DNA of 64,000 bases from Candidatus Nanosyncoccus sp. (GTDB taxonomy: Bacteria; Patescibacteriota; Saccharimonadia; Saccharimonadales; Saccharimonadaceae): NCBI GenBank assembly GCA_045536725.1, contig JAZSOC010000034.1, positions 17,228 through 81,227 of the forward strand, written 5' to 3'. Below, piece by piece: positions 39,780 to 48,679 of the stretch (position 1 is its first letter; the number at the start of each line of letters is the position of its first letter). Below the pieces are notes generated by a model. It was given only the letters and a program-made list of their open reading frames with translations. It searched no databases and had not been told where the DNA came from. The translations under genes and the position numbers were made by a program.

Positions 39780-40256
39780 ATGGATAAGAATGAGTTAAAA
39801 GCGCGTGCTAAAGCCGCCCGCAAGAAGGCTAAGGCCGCCCGTGAAAGTGGTATTATTAAAGAATTTCGCGATTTCATTAATCGTGGCAGTGTCATCGATC
39901 TCGCCGTAGGTGTCATCGTCGGTGGTGCTTTTCAGAAAATCATCAGTTCTCTCGTTTCTGATATTCTAATGCCTATTGTCGGTATCTTTATTGGCGGCGT
40001 CAATTTTACCGATATGATTCTCGTCATCCCTAGCTGGAATGGTAAAGTCAGCCTCAATGTCGGCAATTTCATCCAAAACACTGTCGATTTCCTCATTATC
40101 GCTTTCGTAATCTTCCTCATTGTCCGCGCTATTAACCGCCTCACCAAGGGTAAAGAAGAAGAGGAAAAAGCCGATAAAAAGGCCGCCAAAAAGACTGAAG
40201 AAGACGAGCTTGCCGTTCTTAAAGACATCCGCGCCGAGCTTAAAAAGAAGAAATAA
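39780..40256 (+). CDS. mscL: Large-conductance mechanosensitive channel MscL with a Lys/Glu-rich tail
   Basis: EFRDFINRGSVIDLAVGVIVGGAF signature. The promoter is leaderless: TGATATAAT at 39765-39773, 6 nt, then ATG. Confidence 0.9.
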   Translation: MDKNELKARAKAARKKAKAARESGIIKEFRDFINRGSVIDLAVGVIVGGAFQKIISSLVSDILMPIVGIFIGGVNFTDMILVIPSWNGKVSLNVGNFIQNTVDFLIIAFVIFLIVRAINRLTKGKEEEEKADKKAAKKTEEDELAVLKDIRAELKKKK

Positions 40257-40259
40257 AGT

Positions 40260-40553
40260 TTACTCCACACTCAAATTATACGAGAGCCGCACCAGGTCAT
40301 AAATTTCATCTTCAGAAATCTGCCCCGTCGGCACAATTTCTATACCACCCTTACCAAAATACCTTGACTCCATCACGCTCTCATATTTTTCCATCAACAG
40401 CTTCTTTAAGTTCTGATCCGTCCGCACTTCAATCGTATTTGGTCGCACCAGGCAAAACACTTTGCCATTTGGCACCAAATAAGTCATCCCTGTTGCCGTA
40501 TCTTCCCCGTCAAATTCACCAATACCTGTTACCTTATTAATATCAAATTTCAT
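40260..40553 (-). CDS. MmcQ/YjbR-like small protein
   Basis: The C-terminus YFGKGGIEIVPTGQISEDEIYDLVRLSYNL resembles the YjbR family. The start MKFDINK (40553) shares an ATGA overlap with the orn stop. The ORF track extends to 40574. Confidence 0.4.
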   Translation of the reverse strand: MKFDINKVTGIGEFDGEDTATGMTYLVPNGKVFCLVRPNTIEVRTDQNLKKLLMEKYESVMESRYFGKGGIEIVPTGQISEDEIYDLVRLSYNLSVE

Positions 40554-41077
40554 TTGAAAAATCCTATATACCATTTTAATTCGTCAATTGAGCCCTGAAT
40601 GTCATCTAACGCCCGATGCAGTTCTGGCTTCACGAACTTCTTCCCACGCGCCCCTTCAAAATACACTTTCCATGCTGATACATCCAGCATCCGATAATGC
40701 AACCTCTCCGCTAGCCGCGGCCACTCCCTATCGATAAATTTCCTATCCTGGTGGATGGAGTTACCCGCCAGTATCACTTCCTTGCCAAAATTTTGATCTA
40801 TAAATGCTAGCAGCCTGCCCTCCACATCAGAAGCCATAGCCCCATTTTCATTCTGTGCCATCAACGCATCTCGAGATTTAGCATTCTTCTCCCAAAATTC
40901 TCCCACCATCCGCTCTTTCATGAGCACTGGATCCACTTTCACTACATCTTCAAAGGTTGCCATCGGCTCTAAATCCCATCCCGTCGCAATCGCAGCCACC
41001 TCCAAAATTTTGTCTACCTCCGGATCTAACCCCGTCATCTCTAAATCCACCCATAAAAGTTTTGCCTTCTTACTCAT
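40550..41077 (-). CDS. orn: Oligoribonuclease
   Basis: 175 aa with DEDDh motifs (LLWVDLEMTGLDP, SIHQDRKFI, HRALDDIQGSI). The start shares a TAATG overlap with argS. Confidence 0.9.
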   Translation of the reverse strand: MSKKAKLLWVDLEMTGLDPEVDKILEVAAIATGWDLEPMATFEDVVKVDPVLMKERMVGEFWEKNAKSRDALMAQNENGAMASDVEGRLLAFIDQNFGKEVILAGNSIHQDRKFIDREWPRLAERLHYRMLDVSAWKVYFEGARGKKFVKPELHRALDDIQGSIDELKWYIGFFK

Positions 41078-42729
41078 TACATCTCCTCCGGCACTTCCAT
41101 GCCAAGTAGTGAAAGCCCATGCTCCATCACCTTTACATACACACGTACAATTTGCAAACGCTCCGCCTCTTCATCACTCCCCACCACTTTCACATTCTCA
41201 TAAAATCTGCTAAACTCTTGTGACAATTCATAAAGATACTGACACACCTTATGTGGTGCGAGCTCCTTTACTGCCTCAGCCAGCACATCCTCATATTGCA
41301 ACAATTTCTTAGCCAAAGTTTTTTCATGTTCATCGGTCAAAGCCACCTCAGCGAATTCTTCGGACGCACCCCGAGCTAGAATCTTCTTCGCTCTCACTAC
41401 TGAATACAATAAATACACTCCACTATTCCCCGTCGTTGCTACCGAAGATTTCACATCAAACTCAATATCCCCTCCCATTTTATATTTCAAAAAGGCATAT
41501 TTTGTCGCCGCAAGAACCACTCGCTTGTCAGTTTCCTCTGGCAAAGCATCAGCCACCGCCGCCAACACATCTCCTGCCCGCAAGAAATTCCCCTTCCTTG
41601 AGCTCATCTTCTCCATGCCTGGTAGCTTCACCATCCCGTGGGTTAAATGCTCCGTCTTCTCCACTAGCTCTGGCGCATACAATGAAACACTTTTTAGCAC
41701 CACCTTCATGTAATCAATAATTTCATTGCCAGTAATCACCACTGATTTATCAAAGTGATAATCATCCCACTTCGTAAAAAGTAGCCCCACATCCTTCGCC
41801 TCATAAGTCGGCAAGCCATCCTTATTGATAAACACTCTTGTATGTAGGCCATACTCTTCCCCTCTAAAAATCGTCGCACCATCACTTAAAACATAGACCT
41901 TCGGATGTGCCGTCACCTCCGTATAGCCACGCAGTGCCACACTAGATTCTGGGTAATATTTATCAAATTTCAACCCTAGCTCTGCATAAAACCTCTTAAA
42001 GTAATCATAGCTCGCCTTTCGCCCAATCCAGTAAATCGTCGCAAGGTCCGTGTTCCGCTTATCTTTTGCTACTATATTATATATTTCTTTATTCAGCTCC
42101 GTAATTTCTGCCCGCGCCTTCTCATCATCTTCATAAGCCCTCGTCCCCTCTACGTAGCACTGCGCCATCAGTTCCGCCTTTTCCTCCAAAGTCGGCAAAG
42201 CAAAGAACTCTTCCCTTTTATTCTGTAAAACATACAAATTTTTTGCCACGTGTAAGCCCACATCCCCACCAAAGTTTGCCCGCACTACTTTTCCACCCGC
42301 AAATTCAATCAGCCGTGATATCGCATCCCCCACCACAGAAGTATATAAATGCCCCACATGTAACACCTTAAAAGGGTTCGGGTCTGAAAATTCACAAACT
42401 ACCTTCTGCCCGGAATATTCATCCAGTGATATATTTTTATCAAAATCAACTACCAATTCCCCCAATTTCTGGTCATAATATTCATCTGGTGCGATAAAAT
42501 TTAAGAATCCTGGCCCCGCCACTTCCACCTTAAAATCAGTAACTTTCTCTGCTATCTTTTCCGCAATCTCTTTCGGTGATTTATGTAGCTCCCGAGTCAG
42601 CTGCATAGCAATATTTGACGCATAATCCGCCCCCGTATCTTCTGGCGCCGCCACCACCTCTGGCTGAACGTCTTCCATACCAAAAACATCACTAATAATC
42701 TTTCTCAGTTGCTCCTCTATCTCTCTCAT
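41077..42729 (-). CDS. argS: Arginyl-tRNA synthetase
   Basis: 550 aa with HIGH-type HVGHL, MSSRKG, and a C-terminal DALR anticodon-binding domain ending in M. Confidence 0.94.
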   Translation of the reverse strand: MREIEEQLRKIISDVFGMEDVQPEVVAAPEDTGADYASNIAMQLTRELHKSPKEIAEKIAEKVTDFKVEVAGPGFLNFIAPDEYYDQKLGELVVDFDKNISLDEYSGQKVVCEFSDPNPFKVLHVGHLYTSVVGDAISRLIEFAGGKVVRANFGGDVGLHVAKNLYVLQNKREEFFALPTLEEKAELMAQCYVEGTRAYEDDEKARAEITELNKEIYNIVAKDKRNTDLATIYWIGRKASYDYFKRFYAELGLKFDKYYPESSVALRGYTEVTAHPKVYVLSDGATIFRGEEYGLHTRVFINKDGLPTYEAKDVGLLFTKWDDYHFDKSVVITGNEIIDYMKVVLKSVSLYAPELVEKTEHLTHGMVKLPGMEKMSSRKGNFLRAGDVLAAVADALPEETDKRVVLAATKYAFLKYKMGGDIEFDVKSSVATTGNSGVYLLYSVVRAKKILARGASEEFAEVALTDEHEKTLAKKLLQYEDVLAEAVKELAPHKVCQYLYELSQEFSRFYENVKVVGSDEEAERLQIVRVYVKVMEHGLSLLGMEVPEEM

Positions 42730-42775
42730 TACCTATATTTTACCATATTTACCACCCACCACCAATCACAAGCAT

Positions 42776-43750
42776 TTACCCCTCTAGGAGTTTACATACT
42801 AGCGCTACAATCAGCTCCTTTTCCTCTGGCTCACTCTCAGCAATCAATAATGCTATCGCCGTCAATGCCCTATCAGATATTTTCGTCTGTCCATCTTTCG
42901 TCAAATGAAAATCATTCATTGTCAAATAGATAATAAATAGTAGCGCCCCAATCCGCTTGTTCCCATCATAAAACGGGTGATCTTTAATCACAAAATACAG
43001 CAAATTCGCAGATTTCTCCGCTACTGTTTTATACAGTTCTTCCCCGTCAAAGCTCTGATTTATCCCCTGTAAAATTCCATAGAAACTCTCATCCCGCATT
43101 TTACCAAACAGCTCCCCCGCCGAAAGACTCAGCCTTAGCTCCGCAATAAATTGCTCACAATCATCCGCACTTAAAATTTTCCGCGCCTTCCGACCTCTAC
43201 TTAATACGATATGCCCTTCATCATACTCTTTCAGCGCTTTAAAGCTCCCCGCATAACGAGAAATCACCTCTAGTACTCCGTTAGCTTCTCCCGCCGACAG
43301 CTCATTTCTCTGAATTAATCGCTGCACCACCCCCATCATCTGTTCCACGTCTTTTAGTCTCTTCTCCGGTAGCTCTTTCAGGCGTCGCTCATTCACTGCC
43401 ACCCCACCTACAATATACCGTTTCAAAGTCCTCGTCGCCCAAATCCGGAAATCCGTCGCCTTCCGCGAGTTCACCCGGTATCCCACCGAAATAATCGCAT
43501 CGAGGTTATACATCTTCACTTGGTAGGTTTTACCATCCGCGGCAGTATGTGCATTTTTTGCACATACTGAACTTTCTATTAATTCTCCCTCTTTAAAAAT
43601 ATTCCTTAAGTGGCGCCCAATTACTGTTCTATCCACTCCAAACAATTCTGATATCTGCGCCTGCGTTGCCCAAATCGTTTCTTCTTTCTTATCGACATCA
43701 AAAATTACTTCTCCATTCGCCCCCTGATATATCTCTATATCCTTATTCAT
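42776..43750 (-). CDS. RhuM-like N-domain fused to a Fic/Doc domain
   Basis: The N-terminus (WATQAQISELFGVDRTVIGRHLRNIF...ISVGYRVNSRKATDFRIWAT) is RhuM-type. The C-terminus carries HPFYDGNKRIGA (Doc-type HxFxDGNKR). Confidence 0.75.
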   Translation of the reverse strand: MNKDIEIYQGANGEVIFDVDKKEETIWATQAQISELFGVDRTVIGRHLRNIFKEGELIESSVCAKNAHTAADGKTYQVKMYNLDAIISVGYRVNSRKATDFRIWATRTLKRYIVGGVAVNERRLKELPEKRLKDVEQMMGVVQRLIQRNELSAGEANGVLEVISRYAGSFKALKEYDEGHIVLSRGRKARKILSADDCEQFIAELRLSLSAGELFGKMRDESFYGILQGINQSFDGEELYKTVAEKSANLLYFVIKDHPFYDGNKRIGALLFIIYLTMNDFHLTKDGQTKISDRALTAIALLIAESEPEEKELIVALVCKLLEG

Positions 43751-43803
43751 ATTTTGATTATATCAATTAGTCATATAAAAGTCAGGACATGTGCCTTGTC
43801 TCT

Positions 43804-45570
43804 CTAGCGAAGCGCCTTCATGAAGTGATAAAATAGTGGGTGCACTGCCATTGGCCTAGAGCGAAATTCTGGATGCGCCTGTGTCGCCACAAAGAATTTG
43901 CAATCTGGCGCCTCCACAAATTCCACTAGCTTTCCATCTGGCGAAAGCCCTGACACTTTCACTCCACCTTTCTCAATCTCTGGCAAAAACTTCTGGTTCA
44001 CCTCATAGCGATGCCGGTGCCTCTCCACCACATTAACATCACCATTTTTCACTGGCTTTATCCCCGCAGTAAAACACTCATCATCAAATTCTTTCTGATA
44101 AATCTTTGCGGTCTTTGTCCCCTTCTTGAGCACTGCCGGATAATCACCCAGTCGCATCGTCCCACCAGTAGACTCTTTCCCCTTTTGTCCTTCCATGATA
44201 TATATTACATTATTGCCATCTTTCTCGCTCGCACCAAACTCTTCCGAGTTTGCCTTCTTTACTCCACCCTTTCTCGCTGCTGCGACACAGGCCATTTGCA
44301 TCCCTAAACATAACCCCAAATACGGCACATCATTTTCTAGTGCATAAGTTGCCGCAGCAATCTTCCCCTCTGCGCCTCTCGCACCAAATCCTCCCGGCAC
44401 CACAATCCCATCCACTTCTCTAAGCATTTTCAACGCTTGCTCAGGGGGCGTCAGCTTCGAGGAGGCAGGAGTAGCGGACCGAGCCGTACTAGACGTACGG
44501 CGAGAGAGCAACACACCTGCTGACGAAGAAGATGACGCTGCCTGTGCAAGTGCTTCTGCGTTAATCCAAATAATTTCTAATCCCAAATTATGATGTATCG
44601 CCGCCGCCTTCAAAGCTTCTGTCACACAAATATACGTATCTGAATTCCCCACATACTTTGCCACCAACCCCACTTTTACTTTCTTTTTGTGTTCTTTCTT
44701 CTGCATCTTTGAGAACTTCTCCCAAGCCGTCATATCTGGCACTTTCTTATCGCCCATAAACTTGTTCAGGATATTCAGCACCCCAGAATTTAACACGTTA
44801 AACGGCACGTCATACACACTCTCGATATCTGGCAAATTCACTACTGCGTCACCAGAAATCCCGGCAAAAGCTGCAATTTTTTCACAAATCTCCCGGCCCG
44901 CCGGCTTCTCTGTCCGCACAAACACCATATCTGGTACAATCCCAAAACCACGCAAATCCTTCAAAGCATTCTGAGCCGGCTTCGTCTTTAACTCATGTGA
45001 AGCATTCAGCCACGGCACAAATACTACACTTGCATACATACAGTTCTCTCTTCCCACTCTGTTTGCAAACAATCTAATTGCCTCCACAAAAGCTAAACCT
45101 TCATAGTCACCAATTGTCCCACCCAGCTCCACAATATGCACATCAGACCCTTCCGATGCCTTCTCAATCTTCTCCTGTACCAACCCCGTAAAATGTGGAA
45201 CTAGCTGCACAGTCTTCCCGTGGAATCCCCCAGCACGCTCTTTCTCAATCAATTCTCGGTTAATTGCCCCAGAGAGAGTAATAGAATATTTATTGGTTTC
45301 TATATCCAAAAATCTCTCATAGTGCCCAAGGTCTAAATCTGTTTCCACTCCATCATGCGTCACAAAACATTCCCCATGCTCCACCGGATTTAAAAGTCCC
45401 GCATCCACATTTAGATACGGATCACATTTTTGGATAGAAACCTTATACCCCTTTGCTTTTAAAATCGCACCAATACTTGCTGCTGTAATTCCTTTTCCCA
45501 CCCCAGACAATACCCCTCCAGTCACAAAGATATATTTACAGGGCACAGTTCTCTCCTTTCGCCCACTCAC
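43804..45570 (-). CDS. pyrG: CTP synthase
   Basis: 588 aa with KYIFVTGGVLSGVGKG and the GATase domain LGLCLGMQ ... HRHRYEVN. It has a GTG start with an aaagagg SD and contains the in-frame repeat at 44436-44550. Confidence 0.95.
   Translation of the reverse strand: MSGRKERTVPCKYIFVTGGVLSGVGKGITAASIGAILKAKGYKVSIQKCDPYLNVDAGLLNPVEHGECFVTHDGVETDLDLGHYERFLDIETNKYSITLSGAINRELIEKERAGGFHGKTVQLVPHFTGLVQEKIEKASEGSDVHIVELGGTIGDYEGLAFVEAIRLFANRVGRENCMYASVVFVPWLNASHELKTKPAQNALKDLRGFGIVPDMVFVRTEKPAGREICEKIAAFAGISGDAVVNLPDIESVYDVPFNVLNSGVLNILNKFMGDKKVPDMTAWEKFSKMQKKEHKKKVKVGLVAKYVGNSDTYICVTEALKAAAIHHNLGLEIIWINAEALAQAASSSSSAGVLLSRRTSSTARSATPASSKLTPPEQALKMLREVDGIVVPGGFGARGAEGKIAAATYALENDVPYLGLCLGMQMACVAAARKGGVKKANSEEFGASEKDGNNVIYIMEGQKGKESTGGTMRLGDYPAVLKKGTKTAKIYQKEFDDECFTAGIKPVKNGDVNVVERHRHRYEVNQKFLPEIEKGGVKVSGLSPDGKLVEFVEAPDCKFFVATQAHPEFRSRPMAVHPLFYHFMKALR
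44436..44550 (-). repeat. In-frame palindromic insertion element, copy 2 (inside pyrG)
   Basis: The arm cttgctcagggggcgtcagcttc matches the reverse complement of gaagaagatgacgctgcctgtgcaag. The central hairpin is gccgtac-tagac-gtacggc (44483-44501). It encodes SSSAGVLLSRRTSSTARSATPASS. Confidence 0.8.
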
Positions 45571-45609
45571 TTATTAACCTCTTTACCTTATTTTATCATA
45601 AAAACTAAG

Positions 45610-46176
45610 CTACACGAGAAAATTTAAGCGTTTTGAAACATTTTTACTCAAACGTAATAAATCATTTGTATAATCCGTCTTCTTCGCTTCCATAAATCCG
45701 CACCGCACCCACGCCATCAATACTGCTGCGACCTCATAACTATACACATTTTTTATCTTTACTGTCGCCACACCATAATCATTCCCTTTATTCTCTACAA
45801 AATCCCATATAATCTCCCCCATTCGCTCAAACACTCCTACATATTCTAGCTCCATCATCACCTCAAATAGCTCTTTATTTCTCTCCACAAAGGTCAAAGT
45901 CGCCACTGCTATATCCTGCATATTGCCTCCACCCCTCTTTATTCGCCCCAGTATTTTCTTATATTCTCTTAACACTCTCTGCTCATTTAATCGCATCATT
46001 CCCGCTAGTGTCTTATGGTGCCGATAAAAAGTCGATGCCGCCAGTCCCGCCTCTCTCGACACAATAATTGGCCGTATATTTATTACTCTCATCTTCCGTG
46101 CAATCATCAAAAAAGCCCTCACTAGCTTCTTTTCTGAGCGCACATATCTAGTATCGTTTTTGTCTTTTACCACCAA
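45610..46176 (-). CDS. TetR/AcrR-like transcriptional regulator
   Basis: 188 aa with an N-terminal HTH, IIVSREAGLAASTFYRHHKTLAGMM. Confidence 0.5.
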   Translation of the reverse strand: MVVKDKNDTRYVRSEKKLVRAFLMIARKMRVINIRPIIVSREAGLAASTFYRHHKTLAGMMRLNEQRVLREYKKILGRIKRGGGNMQDIAVATLTFVERNKELFEVMMELEYVGVFERMGEIIWDFVENKGNDYGVATVKIKNVYSYEVAAVLMAWVRCGFMEAKKTDYTNDLLRLSKNVSKRLNFLV

Positions 46177-46184
46177 GCCCCCAG

Positions 46185-46673
46185 CTACAATTTACTCGCC
46201 GCCTCAGTAATCGCCTTATTATAAGCCTCCGTGACCTTCATTGCCGTATCGCTCGCCACCGAACGTAGCTTTTCTAATTCTTCGGCAATCGCATTATTAT
46301 CCTTCTTATCATAAATATCTTTTAAGCTCTTCCATTCCGTCAAATAACTCTCTAGCGCACCCTTCGCCTCCTCATTCTTTACCTTTTTTACTATTTTTTC
46401 TAACTTCACTAAGTACGCAATAATATTATCACTATTTGCCTCGTTTGACGTTTCCCCATTTAGGTCACTCAACATCTTTAAAACTTCTGTTTTTTCGGTA
46501 ATTGTTTCACCAAGCTGCTTTAAACTATCTTCAACATCTTCCCGTTGTTGTGCTCTTCCAGATTCTACACCCTTATCATAGACAATCTTCACAGCCACCG
46601 CCCCACCAATTAGCACCAAAACTGCCGCCACCACCGCTAAGATTATCCATTTTCGCTTATCCATTCTTTTCAT
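46185..46673 (-). CDS. Membrane-anchored coiled-coil hypothetical protein
   Basis: 162 aa with one N-terminal TM helix and a helical remainder. Confidence 0.4.
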   Translation of the reverse strand: MKRMDKRKWIILAVVAAVLVLIGGAVAVKIVYDKGVESGRAQQREDVEDSLKQLGETITEKTEVLKMLSDLNGETSNEANSDNIIAYLVKLEKIVKKVKNEEAKGALESYLTEWKSLKDIYDKKDNNAIAEELEKLRSVASDTAMKVTEAYNKAITEAASKL

Positions 46674-46681
46674 TTTACCTC

Positions 46682-47311
46682 CTACTTATTAGTCCATAGC
46701 TCCCAGTCAAGTGGCCAAGCGTTAAACGAATCGCAACCTCTCAATCCTGTTGATTGCTGCAACATAATCGGCGCTGGCCCACCATTCGGGCAAGACTCCT
46801 CATGCGCATAATGTCCCAGCCAATGCCCCACTTCATGATTCACTACCATATGCTGATAATCTCGCTGAGACATTCCCGCCGCATTACTCGCCGTAGTCCC
46901 ATTCCGCCATCTCAAATCATTAATAATCACCTGGTTATGCCAAGTTGTACACGACAAATCACCAGAACATCCTGCTATCGTATCTAATGTCGCCGCATCA
47001 GATAAAGCAATAATTAAATCATAATCATCACCCGTTGTCTCCGTAAAAGTCATTCCTCCCCTCGTCCAGCCTCGGCCATCATTTAAAGTTTCCGCCACTT
47101 TCTTTCTAAAATCACCAACATCCGCCAACACTGTCCCCCACACTTCAATCTTATATTTAAAATCTCTCTGCCCCGTCCCCGTCACCATTGTAGAATGGCT
47201 CGACGCTAGTGGGCTAGTCGCCACTACTGGCTCCGGCCACTTCTCATAATCAGTCGGCACTTTCAGCACCGCCTGCTCCAGCGTCAGTCCCACCAACACC
47301 TCTGTAATCAT
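46682..47311 (-). CDS. Zn-metalloprotease-like protein (HExxH; DUF3152-like)
   Basis: It carries VVNHEVGHWLGHYAHEE. The start MITEV (47311) lies 7 nt after TGGTATAAT. The ORF track extends to 47362. Confidence 0.5.
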   Translation of the reverse strand: MITEVLVGLTLEQAVLKVPTDYEKWPEPVVATSPLASSHSTMVTGTGQRDFKYKIEVWGTVLADVGDFRKKVAETLNDGRGWTRGGMTFTETTGDDYDLIIALSDAATLDTIAGCSGDLSCTTWHNQVIINDLRWRNGTTASNAAGMSQRDYQHMVVNHEVGHWLGHYAHEESCPNGGPAPIMLQQSTGLRGCDSFNAWPLDWELWTNK

Positions 47312-47410
47312 TACCTTAATTATACCACACCCCCAAATTTTTGAATAAACAAAATCCGCCAAGGTGGTATTTTCTCTTGCCGAAGCGCATTTAGGAGTTC
47401 ATTTATAGAT

Positions 47411-47497
47411 AGAATCGTTCAAATGGGTGTTTTCTTCTACCCTTGCGCGATCTATTATCGAGCAACGGGTAGAAAAAACGCCCAGTTGGGCGATTCT
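47411..47497. repeat. Long imperfect inverted repeat (hairpin family member H3)
   Basis: Arms agaatcgttcaaatgggtgttttcttctaccc (47411-47442) and gggtagaaaaaacgcccagttgggcgattct (47467-47497). The loop gcgcgatctattatcgagca resembles the H1 loop at 10099-10121. Confidence 0.6.
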
Positions 47498-47510
47498 AGC
47501 AGCTATAAAT

Positions 47511-47540
47511 TGGCGGGGGTGCCTGGACGAAGTTCGAAAC
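47511..47540 (-). repeat. tRNA 3'-end-like fragment C
   Basis: tggcgggggtgcctggacgaagttcgaaac aligns with fragments at 61418, 62240 and 60435, and more loosely with the 3' ends of the tRNA-Ser genes. Confidence 0.6.
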
Positions 47541-47622
47541 AAACTGATATGATATAATATCCGTATGGCAGTATTGTCATAGAACTTTAAGGCATTGTTG
47601 CGATTTTTGCAGGAGGTGAATT

Positions 47623-48096
47623 ATGATTACTACTAGTTGTTATTCTTCTTGTAATCTAAACGACGGTAATTTCCACTATTGTTCTATCTCTGGCGATCGT
47701 GGCAAAAGAGTGGGGTATGTCGGGAAATGTTATCGTGCTCTCGCACCAAAACTATCATTTTGGGAAATCTGGCACTCTAATATTGGAAAAATCCCCGTAT
47801 TAGACAATGACCGATTTTATGTTAGAGAATATTACAAACAAGTTCTGTCAAAACTAGATCCAAAAGAAGTTTATAAGGAATTAGATGGCCAAACCACAAT
47901 ACTCCTGTGCTATGAGCCTCATAATGAATTTTGTCATCGCCATATAGTTTCTGCATGGATGGAGCTAGCTACCGGTAAAATAGTCCCTGAAATCATGCAG
48001 CAAGAAAACAGTAACCTTATAAATGTTAGCAAACCTATCTGGGTAAAAGAGTATCTGGAAGATATTATCAAAAGTTGCAAAATGCCTAAACGGTAA
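47623..48096 (+). CDS. DUF488-like protein (tentative)
   Basis: 157 aa and AT-rich. LLCYEPHNEFCHRHIVSAWME resembles the DUF488 C-terminal CHR motif. SD aggagg lies upstream. Confidence 0.4.
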   Translation: MITTSCYSSCNLNDGNFHYCSISGDRGKRVGYVGKCYRALAPKLSFWEIWHSNIGKIPVLDNDRFYVREYYKQVLSKLDPKEVYKELDGQTTILLCYEPHNEFCHRHIVSAWMELATGKIVPEIMQQENSNLINVSKPIWVKEYLEDIIKSCKMPKR

Positions 48097-48367
48097 AGCT
48101 GCTTCTGTCTAGAAGCAGTTTTTCAATGGTGGGAATACCTAGATGAAATTCAAACTTCAGTAATAAGCCATTAGCATAGAGGAATGTTTTACATGGATAT
48201 TTTAGTTCAGAATACACCAAATCAAGCATCATTGACTTTGACGTGCCATGTATGAAGGGGTCTATCCCAGTGGCATTGAAAATTACAGCCCGTCCCCAAT
48301 CATCATAATGCTCTTCTACGCCAATTATCCCGAATATATCTTGGTGATGAATTAGAAAATACCCCAT
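48086..48367 (-). CDS. Hypothetical protein
   Basis: 93-aa ORF. Its start overlaps the end of the 35-aa ORF 48352..48459, and its 3' end contains the terminator hairpin of the convergent gene. Confidence 0.3.
   Translation of the reverse strand: MGYFLIHHQDIFGIIGVEEHYDDWGRAVIFNATGIDPFIHGTSKSMMLDLVYSELKYPCKTFLYANGLLLKFEFHLGIPTIEKLLLDRSSFTV
48099..48123 (+). terminator. Rho-independent terminator after 47623..48096
   Basis: Stem ctgcttct, loop gtct, stem agaagcag, followed by ttttt. Confidence 0.7.
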
Positions 48368-48459
48368 TTCTTCATGCTCAAAAGCAAACTATTTTTATCA
48401 AGTTCATCAAATTTCGGTAACTTTTTTTGATGCTGCAATGCATAAATTTTTTGGCTCAT
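48352..48459 (-). CDS. Small ORF (35 aa) with a strong SD
   Basis: aaggaggg lies 8 nt before the ATG at 48459. It translates as MSQKIYALQHQKKLPKFDELDKNSLLLSMKKWGIF. It may be the frameshifted N-terminus of 48086..48367. Confidence 0.3.
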   Translation of the reverse strand: MSQKIYALQHQKKLPKFDELDKNSLLLSMKKWGIF

Positions 48460-48538
48460 AAACTAACCCTCCTTATAAAAGAACTTCTCACCTCTTATTA
48501 TTATATTTCACAAAAAACAGCAAACCCATGGTTGCTTT

Positions 48539-48675
48539 TGGCGGAAGCGAGAGGATTAAGCGCGCGGCAGCGCGCTTTCCGTTCCTCGTGGCTCAAAAAA
48601 TCATAAGCAAGCTTCTGATTTTTACTCGCTCACTCGTCCGGTCGAACCTACGGTTCTCATCCTCTCACTCCCAAT
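48539..48675 (-). pseudogene. Partial tRNA-Ser(GGA) copy with an 85-nt insertion at the T-loop position
   Basis: 48539-48557 is 19/19 identical to the tRNA 3' end at 48790-48808. An 85-nt insert follows (48558-48642, two hairpins), then cgaacctacgg resumes. There is no anticodon arm or 5' half. Confidence 0.6.
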
Positions 48676-48679
48676 CATA

